The notes under the pieces were generated by a model. It did not search any database. It worked only from the letters and a program-made list of their open reading frames with translations, and was not told where the DNA came from. From Abditibacterium sp. (GTDB taxonomy: Bacteria; Armatimonadota; Abditibacteriia; Abditibacteriales; Abditibacteriaceae), in the NCBI GenBank assembly GCA_965199495.1, contig CBDASK010000003.1, forward strand, positions 1,376,001-1,440,000: a DNA stretch of 64,000 bases, written 5' to 3'. Shown one piece after another: positions 1 through 9,347 of the stretch. A program made the translations under genes and the position numbers. The stretch's first letter is position 1. Each line of letters opens with the position of its first letter.

Positions 1-14
1 CGGAGGATTTCCCT

Positions 15-392
15 GTGAAAGAACTGAAAATTGAACATGCGACCACGTCTGTCGGCTCCAAAGACATCCATATCTTGCGACTCGAAGGTTATGTCGACGC
101 TCACACCTTCGCCGAATTTGAAGAAGAGCTAACGCGCCTGACCGACCGCGAGCAGCAATACAATTTGCTGCTCGATCTGGAAAAGTTGACCTACATCAAC
201 TCGACCGGTTTGGGTTTGCTGATGGCGACTTTTCGTCAGGTGCGCCAGCACGGCGGCGATTTGGTCATCGCCAAGATGAGCGACAAAATCACCAACATTT
301 TCAATTTGTTGGGCTTTTCTCGCCTGATTCACACTTATCCGGGCGAAGAAGAGGCATTGGCCAAATTCCAGCCCACCGACGCGCCCGTTTAA
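15..392 (+). CDS. STAS-domain anti-sigma-factor antagonist (RsbV/SpoIIAA family)
   Basis: LDLEKLTYINSTGLGLL phospho-Ser motif; GGAGG RBS at 2-6 before GTG start. Confidence 0.9.
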   Translation: MKELKIEHATTSVGSKDIHILRLEGYVDAHTFAEFEEELTRLTDREQQYNLLLDLEKLTYINSTGLGLLMATFRQVRQHGGDLVIAKMSDKITNIFNLLGFSRLIHTYPGEEEALAKFQPTDAPV

Positions 393-565
393 GGCACACG
401 CTGAAAATTTTTCATCGCAGGGCCGGACGCGCGCCCCAAGTGCGCTGACACTGGCTTATTCATCGCTCTTTTCATCGCAAATTTAAGAGAGGTCATGTCA
501 ATTGGAGTCGGGTAAAATTAACTCTGACTTCAGTTCATTGTTTTATTTGTGAAAGCGACAAGCAT

Positions 566-1075
566 TTGTTGTTTTCCCCAATCTTTACTCCTGTGCCCGC
601 CCCCTCGCCTTCTTCCAACGGCACCCCTCCACACGATTCTTCGCAAGCGTCGTGGCACCAAGAGGTGCGCGCCCACGGCTCGCCCTCGGCGCTCCCGCAA
701 ATTCGCCACGCCGTCGTCAAGGCCGCGCAAGAGAGCGGTTTCGGCGAGGAAGATGTCGCCAAAATCGAGATGGCCGTCGGCGAAGCCTGCACTAATATTA
801 TCGAACACGCCTACACCACGCAACCGCTCAAAATGGAAATCGTGGTGATTCTGGCGCGTTTCGAGAACCGGTTGGAAGTCACGATTCAAGATTATTCGAG
901 CATCAACTTCGCCGCCAACGAAGTCGAAACCGTGGGTGAAATCGAAGAGTGGATCGCGGCAGACAAGCGCCGTGGCCTGGGCATTTTCATCATTCAATCG
1001 TTCGTGGATAAAGTCGAACATCGCTTTGTGTGCGGTCAGGGCAACGAACTGATTTTGATCAAATACTTCGCTTGA
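566..1075 (+). CDS. Anti-sigma factor / Ser kinase (RsbW-like HATPase)
   Basis: AVGEACTNIIEHAY and RRGLGIFIIQSFVDKV motifs; next to the STAS gene; start uncertain. Confidence 0.85.
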   Translation: MLFSPIFTPVPAPSPSSNGTPPHDSSQASWHQEVRAHGSPSALPQIRHAVVKAAQESGFGEEDVAKIEMAVGEACTNIIEHAYTTQPLKMEIVVILARFENRLEVTIQDYSSINFAANEVETVGEIEEWIAADKRRGLGIFIIQSFVDKVEHRFVCGQGNELILIKYFA

Positions 1076-1102
1076 AATGGGACAAGAGTTAGGATATGGC
1101 TC

Positions 1103-1250
1103 GCTTCCATTGTCATTCTGAGCGGAGAGAGGAACGAACGGAGTCGAAGAATCCAGAGGTTGCATCTCAGCTTCGTTTTTACGATGCAGCAAGATCATGG
1201 ATTCTTCGACTCCGTTCGTTCCTCTCTCCGCTCAGAATGACAATGGAAGC
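1103..1250. repeat. CGTC/TGTC-type REP doublet (53-bp perfect inverted arms, 42-nt spacer)
   Basis: 1103-1155 is the exact reverse complement of 1198-1250; core TGTCATTCTGAGC...GAAGAATCC shared with 5703-5907. Confidence 0.9.
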
Positions 1251-1292
1251 ATCCTAATTCTCTCTATCCTTCGTCGCTTAGAAACGCTTCAC

Positions 1293-1341
1293 CCCGCGAA
1301 CTGCGTTAAACTTGTGTGTCCCGCAGTTCGCGGGCTTTTTT
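1293..1341 (+). terminator. Intrinsic terminator (possible attenuator) upstream of ilvB
   Basis: 13-bp stem CCCGCGAACTGCG/CGCAGTTCGCGGG followed by CTTTTTT. Confidence 0.75.
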
Positions 1342-1418
1342 GTGCCAAAAATTTGGGCATTTGCCCAATTTTTGGTTGAACAGATAACTCGCAGCGTATT
1401 CGCTGAAAACACACAATT

Positions 1419-3275
1419 ATGGACGGAGCAGAAATTCTCTTGGAAAGCATGAAACGCGAAGGCGTTGATACCTTATTTGGTATTAGCGGCGGCGCGATTC
1501 TGCCGATTTACGACGCGTTGGGCAAACAGCAGGACATTTGGAGCATCCTCACGCGCCACGAACAGGGCGCCGGGCACATGGCCGAAGGCTACGCGCGAGC
1601 CACCGGGCGCGTTGGCACCTGCATCGGCACGTCGGGGCCGGGCGCGACCAACCTCGTCACCGCCATCACCGACGCCTACATGGACTCGACGCCGACGGTT
1701 TTCCTGAGCGGTCAAGTCGCGTCCGCCAACATCGGCAAAGACGCGTTTCAAGAGTGCGATACCTTCGGCATCACGATGCCGATTGTCAAACATTCCTATT
1801 TGCTCAAGCGCGTCGAGGACATTCCGCGCGTGGTCAAAGAGGCGTATCACATCGCGCGCACGGGTCGGCCCGGCCCGGTTTTGATTGATATTCCCAAAGA
1901 TATTTCCGAGGGCCAGTTTCCCGGCGTTTTTGAATATCCCGAAAGCGTGACTTTGCGCGGTTATCATCCCGAAACGCCCGGTGCGCCCGAACAGATCAAA
2001 GCCGCCGTGGCTCTCATCGCGCAAGCCAAACAGCCGGTGATTTACGCGGGCAATGGCGTTAATTCGTCTAACGCCGCCGACGAATTATTGGCGTTCGCCG
2101 AGAAGATTAATTGTCCGGTTACGACCACGCTTTTGGGACGCGGTGCGTTTCCCGGTGGCCACGTTTTGGCGCTCGATATGTTGGGCATGCACGGCACGGC
2201 CTACGCCAACTGGGCGGTTCACGAAAGCGATTTGATTATCGCGTTGGGAGCGCGTTTCGATGACCGCGTGACTGGCAATCCGAAGATGTTCGCGCCCAAC
2301 GCCAAAGTGATTCACGTTGATATTGACCAGGCCGAACTGGGCAAAATCCGCTTCGCGCAGGTGCCGATCTGGGGCGATGTCAAAACCGTTATTAAGCAGT
2401 TGACCGACGCCGTGGCTGCTAAACCTCGCTCGCCGTGGAACGATACGGTCGAGGAATGGAAAGAAAAAGCGCCGCTGATTTACGAAAATACCGGCAGCAA
2501 ACTCAAGCCGCAGTTCGTATTGGAAGAACTCGCCAAAGCCACCAAAGGCGAGGCGATTATGACGACCGATGTCGGCCAGCATCAGATGTGGGCGGCGCAG
2601 TATTACAACCCGAAAAATACGCGCAGCTTCATCACATCTGGCGGTCTGGGCACGATGGGCTACGGTTATCCCGCCGCGATTGGCGCCAAAGTCGGCTGTA
2701 TTATGGGACATAGAAATCCCGATACCGAAGTTTGGTGCATCACGGGCGACGGCTCGTTCCAGATGAACATTCAGGAGCTGGCGACCGGCGTTTTGTATGA
2801 TATTCCGGTTAAAATCGCGGTTTTGAACAACTCGGCGCTGGGCATGGTGCGCCAGTGGCAGAAGCTGTTTTACTCCAAGCGTTGGAGCGGCATTGACTTG
2901 TCGAAGTGTCCCGATTTCGAGAAAATCGCGCAGGCGTATTCGACGACCGGCATGACGATCACCGAACCCGATGAAGTGGCCGATGCGATTCGCGAGGCGC
3001 AGAAAAATCCCGGCACCGTCGTAATGAACTTCATGACCGACACCGAAGAAGACGTTTACCCGATGATTCCCGGCGGCAAAACCGTTCACGAAATGCGGCT
3101 CAACGGCAGTGGCAAATCGGTTCCCGTCGGCGGCTGGTCAATCGAAGATGCGCCGACGGCTTTGGAAAGCACGACCAACGGACACGCGCCCGAAAAAGCC
3201 GTCGAAACCGCCGAAGCAGGCGACTACGCGAGCGAATGGAACGACGATTTGAAATCGGGACAGATTAAAATATAG
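1419..3275 (+). CDS. ilvB: Acetolactate synthase large subunit
   Basis: RHEQGAGHMAEGYAR, TSGPGATN, SGGLGTMGYG and GDGSFQMN TPP motifs. Confidence 0.97.
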   Translation: MDGAEILLESMKREGVDTLFGISGGAILPIYDALGKQQDIWSILTRHEQGAGHMAEGYARATGRVGTCIGTSGPGATNLVTAITDAYMDSTPTVFLSGQVASANIGKDAFQECDTFGITMPIVKHSYLLKRVEDIPRVVKEAYHIARTGRPGPVLIDIPKDISEGQFPGVFEYPESVTLRGYHPETPGAPEQIKAAVALIAQAKQPVIYAGNGVNSSNAADELLAFAEKINCPVTTTLLGRGAFPGGHVLALDMLGMHGTAYANWAVHESDLIIALGARFDDRVTGNPKMFAPNAKVIHVDIDQAELGKIRFAQVPIWGDVKTVIKQLTDAVAAKPRSPWNDTVEEWKEKAPLIYENTGSKLKPQFVLEELAKATKGEAIMTTDVGQHQMWAAQYYNPKNTRSFITSGGLGTMGYGYPAAIGAKVGCIMGHRNPDTEVWCITGDGSFQMNIQELATGVLYDIPVKIAVLNNSALGMVRQWQKLFYSKRWSGIDLSKCPDFEKIAQAYSTTGMTITEPDEVADAIREAQKNPGTVVMNFMTDTEEDVYPMIPGGKTVHEMRLNGSGKSVPVGGWSIEDAPTALESTTNGHAPEKAVETAEAGDYASEWNDDLKSGQIKI

Positions 3276-3366
3276 GAGACAGGAGACGAGGGAGACAGGA
3301 AACAGAATGGCGAAGTATCAAACCAACTTCATGCTGTCTCCCTCGTCTCCTGTTTGCTGTCTCCTG
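3274..3366. repeat. Heptamer-based inverted repeat (AGGAGAC-like units)
   Basis: 3279-3298 is the reverse complement of 3334-3353, built from AGGAGAC-like units. Confidence 0.8.
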
Positions 3367-3372
3367 ATAAAA

Positions 3373-3978
3373 ATGAACAACGGAACGATAAATTCAAATG
3401 TGCCCGCGCAAGACGAAGACGTGATTGTGCAAAACGGCGTGCCGACGATTATTTCGGCGGCGGGCGTCAACGTAATGAGCGGCGACGAAACGCTCCACAC
3501 CATCTCGATTTTGGTCGAGAACCGGCCCGGCGTCTTGGCGCGCGTGTCGCACGTTTTCGCGCGGCGTGGCTTCAACCTCGAATCCCTTGCGGTCTCGCGC
3601 ACCGAAGACCACACGGTTTCGCGCATTACTGTCGTCGTCGCGGGCGATGACGAACAATTTAAACAAATTGGCAATCAATTATTCAAATTGATTGACGTGA
3701 TTAAAGTCATTGACCACACGCGCGACGATTTGGTCGGACGCGAACTGGCGCTAATTAAGATCAAGGTCGCCGATGCAGCCACGCGCGCCGAGGTTTTGCA
3801 AATCGCTGAGATTTATCAGGCTAAAGTCGTCGCCTCCGATCTCGAAACGATGATGCTGGAAGTCACCGGTAAATCGAGCAAAGTGGATGCGCTGCAAAAT
3901 ATGCTGAGCAATCACGAAATTCTCGAATTGGTGCGCACCGGTTTAATTGTGTTGAAACGCGGCGCAAAGCAGACTTGA
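3373..3978 (+). CDS. ilvN: Acetolactate synthase small regulatory subunit
   Basis: ACT domain ISILVENRPGVLARVSHVFARRGFNLESL; ELVRTG; follows ilvB; start uncertain. Confidence 0.95.
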   Translation: MNNGTINSNVPAQDEDVIVQNGVPTIISAAGVNVMSGDETLHTISILVENRPGVLARVSHVFARRGFNLESLAVSRTEDHTVSRITVVVAGDDEQFKQIGNQLFKLIDVIKVIDHTRDDLVGRELALIKIKVADAATRAEVLQIAEIYQAKVVASDLETMMLEVTGKSSKVDALQNMLSNHEILELVRTGLIVLKRGAKQT

Positions 3979-3989
3979 TTTTAAATTGG

Positions 3990-4038
3990 AATAGGACGCC
4001 AGCCGTGGGTGAACCGAAGGTTGGCGTCCTATTTTTTG
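3990..4038 (+). terminator. Intrinsic terminator after ilvN
   Basis: AATAGGACGCCAGCC...GGTTGGCGTCCTATT stem plus T-tract. Confidence 0.75.
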
Positions 4039-4040
4039 TT

Positions 4041-4862
4041 ATGTCCTCCGTTCTCGAATTCAAAGATGCGACAATTAAGTTCGGCGGCCTGACCGCCGTG
4101 GCTCCTCTGTCGTTCGCCATCCCGCAAGGGCAACTGGCGGCGATTATCGGGCCAAATGGCGCGGGCAAAACCACGGTTTTCAACCTCATTACCGGCGTTT
4201 ACGCGCCGACGGGCGGCGAAATCTGGGTCGAAGGCCAAAAGGTTGCTTCCTCTAATCGGACGCTGAAACCGCATCAGTTGGTGCGGCGTGGCATCGCGCG
4301 CACGTTTCAAAATATTCGTTTGTTCGGTGATTTGAGCGTCGCCGATAACGTGCGCGCGGCGTTCGCTTCGCGCGCGCAATATGGTTTGACCGGCAGTTTG
4401 CTGTGTAACGGACGGATGGCGAAGCGCGAAAATTGGATTGACGAAGAGACCGAAAAACTATTGGCAACGTTTGGTTTGGAACATCGCGCCCGCAACGATG
4501 CGCGCAATTTGCCTTACGGCGATCAGCGCAAACTCGAAATCGCGCGCGCCGTCGCAACCGAGCCGAAACTGTTGTTGCTTGATGAACCCACGTCGGGCAT
4601 GAACCCGTCGGAAACCGAGGAAGTTACGCAGACGATTCGGCTGGTGCGCGAGCAGTTGGGCATCACGGTTTTGTTGATCGAGCATCACATGAGTTTGGTG
4701 ATGAGCATTTGCGAGCGCGTGATTGTGTTGGACGGCGGCGTTAAAATCGCCGATGATGTGCCGGTAAATATTCAGAATAATCCGCACGTCATCGCGGCTT
4801 ATCTGGGCCAACCCGACCCGGAAGTGGACGAAGCTATTGAACAGGGCGAAGCGGTGGTTTAG
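4041..4862 (+). CDS. ABC transporter ATP-binding protein, LivG-like
   Basis: GPNGAGKTT Walker A, ARTFQNIRLF, LLLLDEP, VIAAYLG; no permease nearby. Confidence 0.9.
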   Translation: MSSVLEFKDATIKFGGLTAVAPLSFAIPQGQLAAIIGPNGAGKTTVFNLITGVYAPTGGEIWVEGQKVASSNRTLKPHQLVRRGIARTFQNIRLFGDLSVADNVRAAFASRAQYGLTGSLLCNGRMAKRENWIDEETEKLLATFGLEHRARNDARNLPYGDQRKLEIARAVATEPKLLLLDEPTSGMNPSETEEVTQTIRLVREQLGITVLLIEHHMSLVMSICERVIVLDGGVKIADDVPVNIQNNPHVIAAYLGQPDPEVDEAIEQGEAVV

Positions 4863-4917
4863 CGGAATTGGCAAAAGCGGTGATAGTCTCAGTTGCGGTC
4901 TCTTACATTCTATAAAA

Positions 4918-5679
4918 ATGCACGCGGAATTTCTCGGCACGGCTGGTTATCATCCCAGCGAAACCCGTCATACGACGGGGATTTTCGTGCCTGGTGCGGC
5001 ATCGGACGACGCGTTTTTGTTGGATGGCGGTAGCGGAACTTTTCGCCTGAACAATCGCACTTTGCCCGCGCGCCTGCACGTCTTCCTGACGCACGCGCAC
5101 CTCGATCACACGGTGGGCTTGAACTTTCTTTACGACGTGGTTTATATGCAACGCCAGATGCAGGAGCGCGACGTGGAAATCCTATTTCACGGCGACGCCA
5201 AAACGCGCGATGCGGTTTGCGGCAACTTGTTCAATCCGCTAATTTTTCCGCTTTCATTCCAATGGCAGTGGCACGAAATCGAGGCCGCCCAACCGTTTGA
5301 AGTCGCGGGCGTGCGCATCAACACAGCGTTGCTAACCCATCCCGGCGGCAGTTTGGGCTACCGTTTCGATTGGGGCACGAAAGCGCTCGGTTTCATCACC
5401 GATACCGGCGGCGACGAGAATTATTTTTCGCTGATCGAAGGCGTTGATTTACTCATTCACGAGCGCAATTTTCCCGATGAATATGCGGAACTGGCGTGCG
5501 CGTCGGGCCATTGCACTTCCAGAGATTTAATCATCGCCGGACGCGCATCGGGCGCGAGCCAAATCGCGGCGATGCATTTCAATCCATTGACCGTTGGCGA
5601 CCCTTTGGAAGAAGACGACGTTTACGCGCAGTTGCCCAACATCGTGGCGGCGAGCGACGGTTTGCAGCTCGAATTTTAG
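4918..5679 (+). CDS. MBL-fold metallo-hydrolase (RNase Z/BN-like)
   Basis: FLGTAG, THAHLDH, FITDT, LLIHE, GHCT motifs. Confidence 0.85.
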   Translation: MHAEFLGTAGYHPSETRHTTGIFVPGAASDDAFLLDGGSGTFRLNNRTLPARLHVFLTHAHLDHTVGLNFLYDVVYMQRQMQERDVEILFHGDAKTRDAVCGNLFNPLIFPLSFQWQWHEIEAAQPFEVAGVRINTALLTHPGGSLGYRFDWGTKALGFITDTGGDENYFSLIEGVDLLIHERNFPDEYAELACASGHCTSRDLIIAGRASGASQIAAMHFNPLTVGDPLEEDDVYAQLPNIVAASDGLQLEF

Positions 5680-6028
5680 CCACAAAGGGGCACAAAGAAG
5701 TAGGAGTTACACAGTTGGCCGGGCTTGTCATTCTGAGCGTGGGCGCCCTCTGGGCAGAAGGCACGAACGAAGTCGAAGAATCCAAAGGTCGCGCGTTGAC
5801 TTCGCTTTGGTCTCGTCCAGAGTCGTGGATTCTTCGACTTCGTTCGTGCCTTCTGCCCAGAGGGCGCCCACGCTCAGAATGACAAGCCCGGCCAACTGTG
5901 TAACTCCCAAGAGGATCGAAGAAACTAATTTGTAAAAGCAAAATTATGAAAATAGTGCTTCTACTTGTCAGCTTCTCCTCCCTTTCTTTGTGCCCCTTGG
6001 TGTGTTCTTGGTGCCCCTTTGTGGCTAA
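5676..6028. repeat. Outer inverted repeat (TTAGCCACAAAGGGGCAC) interrupted by an inner REP element
   Basis: 5676-5693 is the reverse complement of 6011-6028; further ~9-nt-period repeats at 5982-6010. Confidence 0.75.
5703..5907. repeat. CGTC-type REP doublet / MITE-like element (82-bp perfect arms, 41-nt spacer, GGAGTTACACAG ends)
   Basis: 5703-5784 is the exact reverse complement of 5826-5907. Confidence 0.9.
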
Positions 6029-6040
6029 CTCCATTCCCAG

Positions 6041-6817
<777 letters not shown>

Positions 6818-6833
6818 ATTCCGATTTAGGATA

Positions 6834-6853
6834 AAATTAGTTATGTCTAATTT
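6834..6853. promoter_or_regulatory. Putative DtxR/MntR-family operator (autoregulation)
   Basis: AAATTAG-N6-CTAATTT palindrome 12 nt upstream of the DtxR-family gene. Confidence 0.6.
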
Positions 6854-6865
6854 AGGGTAATCGTC

Positions 6866-7549
6866 ATGGAAAAAACGCTCAGTGCCGCGACCGAAGATTA
6901 TTTGAAAACCATTTTGCATCTGCGCGAAGAGGCGCCTTTGGGCGCGCCATTGGAAGCGATTACCACACAGGCCATTGCCAGTCGCCTCGCCGTGGCTGCA
7001 CCATCAGCCACGGCGATGATCAAGAAATTGGCGACGCTCGGTTTGGTGCGTCACACGCCTTATCATGGAGTCGAACTGACAGGCAAAGGTGAAAAAGTCG
7101 CGCTCGAAGTGACGAGGCACCATCGTTTGAGCGAGAGTTTTCTAACCGAAATTTTGGGTTTGGACTGGGACAAGGCGCACATCGAAGCCGAAAAGTGGGA
7201 GCACATTTTGAGCGAGGAAGTCGAGGCGCGCATGGCGGCGATGCTGGGCAATCCCACGCACGATCCGCACGGCTCGCCGATTCCCACGCTCGATGGCAAA
7301 ATGGCGCGCGAAGGCGGCGAACCGTTGGCGCGCCTATCCGAAGGCGCCCACGTTATCGTGCGCCGCGTGAGCGACGAGGACGCGGCGGTTTTGCGTTATT
7401 TGCACAGCGTCGGTTTGGTTCCGGGCGCCCGCGTCGAAATCGTGCGCGCCGTGCCCGCCGAAGGCGTGCTGCAAATTCGCGTCGGCGACGCGGAATATAC
7501 CGTTGGAATCGCACCTGCGATGGCGGTTGTTGTGGAGCAGTTGGATTAG
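6866..7549 (+). CDS. Metal-dependent repressor, DtxR/MntR family, with C-terminal FeoA domain
   Basis: EDYLKTI, RHHRLSESFL, HIEAEKWEH, DPHGSPIP; FeoA-like tail. Confidence 0.93.
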   Translation: MEKTLSAATEDYLKTILHLREEAPLGAPLEAITTQAIASRLAVAAPSATAMIKKLATLGLVRHTPYHGVELTGKGEKVALEVTRHHRLSESFLTEILGLDWDKAHIEAEKWEHILSEEVEARMAAMLGNPTHDPHGSPIPTLDGKMAREGGEPLARLSEGAHVIVRRVSDEDAAVLRYLHSVGLVPGARVEIVRAVPAEGVLQIRVGDAEYTVGIAPAMAVVVEQLD

Positions 7550-7572
7550 AAAGGCGTGGCTTTCTTCAACAT

Positions 7573-8193
7573 CTATCGTTGCTTACCTTCAATCGCTTCC
7601 AAAAGCATCGCCAGCGCCAGCACCAAACGGCGGTCATAAGCTGGATTGGGTTGATTGAAAGTGATTTCCATGCGCGACGAAAACGGGTTGCGTCCCTGCT
7701 GAAACGTCGCGATTTGCTGGCCGCCAACGGTAATATCATAACGTTGCGGCATGAGCATACTGGCGTGTTCCACAAAGCGTCGGATGATGCCAAAGAGCGC
7801 GCTGTCTTCTTGACACAGCCCGATTTCGGCGTCGTTCCAATCCATAATCGTCCAGGTGTCCTGCATGAAACTCGATTTCATGCCCTGACGCTTGAAGGCG
7901 CCCAACTTTTGGTTGGTCGCCGAATCGTAGACATCATAAGCCGCGCTGAAATCCAAAATCGAGCGCGCGCTGACGCGCAACAGTTCCTGCGATTTATTCT
8001 CGTCCGAGTAAATCCGAAAATCTTCTTTGAGCTTGAAGGCTTTCTGCGAGGCCCATAACACCAAATTTTCCTGCGGATCGTAGAGATAAAAAGTGCCGCC
8101 AAACGCTTGCAAGAATTTTTTGGTGATGACGTATTTTTGATGATTGAAACGCGGGTCTTTGGCGCCTTGGTTGGAAGCGAGGGGATTTTGCAT
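7573..8193 (-). CDS. LURP-one/scramblase-like protein
   Basis: QKAFKLKEDFRIYSDE and ARSILDFSAAYDV pattern typical of Tubby/scramblase-fold proteins. Confidence 0.7.
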   Translation of the reverse strand: MQNPLASNQGAKDPRFNHQKYVITKKFLQAFGGTFYLYDPQENLVLWASQKAFKLKEDFRIYSDENKSQELLRVSARSILDFSAAYDVYDSATNQKLGAFKRQGMKSSFMQDTWTIMDWNDAEIGLCQEDSALFGIIRRFVEHASMLMPQRYDITVGGQQIATFQQGRNPFSSRMEITFNQPNPAYDRRLVLALAMLLEAIEGKQR

Positions 8194-8294
8194 CGTTAGT
8201 ATTTTGACAGAGTTTCCGATTTCACGCAGAGAACAAAAACGGAGCGCACGAAGTTAATTTGCCATCCCGCGCGATTCACGGTGAACTACCGTGC

Positions 8295-9347
8295 GTGACT
8301 CCCATTCGTTTCGCCATCGTCGGGGCGGGCAACATCGCCAATTTCCACGCACAAGCCATTCATTCCGTTGAGGACGCCGAACTCGTCGCCGTTCATTCGC
8401 GCCGCGCCGCGCCGGGCGAGGAATTCGCCCGTAAATATAACGCCGAATTCATCGGCGACTACAATACCCTGCTCGCGCGCGCCGACATTGACGCGATTTG
8501 CATCACGACGCCATCGGGCACGCACACCGAGTTGGGCGTGGCTGCTGCGCGCGCGGGCAAACACGTTTTGACCGAAAAACCGCTCGATATTACGCCGCAA
8601 CGCATTGATGAACTGGTCAAAGTTTGCGCCGAAAACAATGTTCAACTGGGCGGCATTTTTCAGGCACGCTTTGGCAAAGGCGCCCAAGCGCTCAAAGCAG
8701 CCACGGCGGCTGGACGATTCGGCAATTTGGCGTGGGCTTCAGCGTATGTGCCGTGGTATCGCAGCGAAGAATATTACCAATCGGCGGGCTGGCGCGGCAC
8801 TTGGGATTTGGATGGCGGCGGCGCCTTGATGAACCAATCCATTCACGCGATTGATTTATTGTTGTGGCTGGCGGGCGACTGGGACGAAGTTTCGGCGCGT
8901 TGTTCCAACGCGCTACACACCGAATTGGAAGTCGAGGACACCGCGATGGCGTGGATTAAATTCAAAAGTGGCGCGACCGGCGTCATTCAAGGTTCGACGG
9001 CGTGTTATCCCGGTGAACTCAAGCGCGTCGAACTCAAAGGCTCAACCGGCAGCGCGACTTTGGTAGACGATATGCCGACGTTGTGGGAATTTAAAAACGC
9101 GCAACCGGGCGACGACGAAGTGCGCGATTGGGCAAATCAAGCGCAAATCGGCGGCGGTGCCGCCGATCCAATGGCGATTTCAATCGAAGGCCACCGCGCG
9201 CAAATCGAAGATTTCGCCAACGCGATTCGGGAAAATCGCGAACCAGCGATTCCGGGCCGCGACGGGCGCAAAGCCGTCGAGTTGATTTGCGCGATTTATC
9301 AGTCGAGCCGGGAAAACGCGATTGTGCGGAGAGGAGAAACCCGATGA
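8295..9347 (+). CDS. Gfo/Idh/MocA oxidoreductase
   Basis: FAIVGAGNIA, GKHVLTEKP, GGGALMNQSIHAID. Confidence 0.93.
   Translation: MTPIRFAIVGAGNIANFHAQAIHSVEDAELVAVHSRRAAPGEEFARKYNAEFIGDYNTLLARADIDAICITTPSGTHTELGVAAARAGKHVLTEKPLDITPQRIDELVKVCAENNVQLGGIFQARFGKGAQALKAATAAGRFGNLAWASAYVPWYRSEEYYQSAGWRGTWDLDGGGALMNQSIHAIDLLLWLAGDWDEVSARCSNALHTELEVEDTAMAWIKFKSGATGVIQGSTACYPGELKRVELKGSTGSATLVDDMPTLWEFKNAQPGDDEVRDWANQAQIGGGAADPMAISIEGHRAQIEDFANAIRENREPAIPGRDGRKAVELICAIYQSSRENAIVRRGETR

Noticed and set aside
409..479. Three TTCATCGC direct repeats between the anti-sigma genes
   Set aside because: Short and irregularly spaced; I cannot distinguish them from chance
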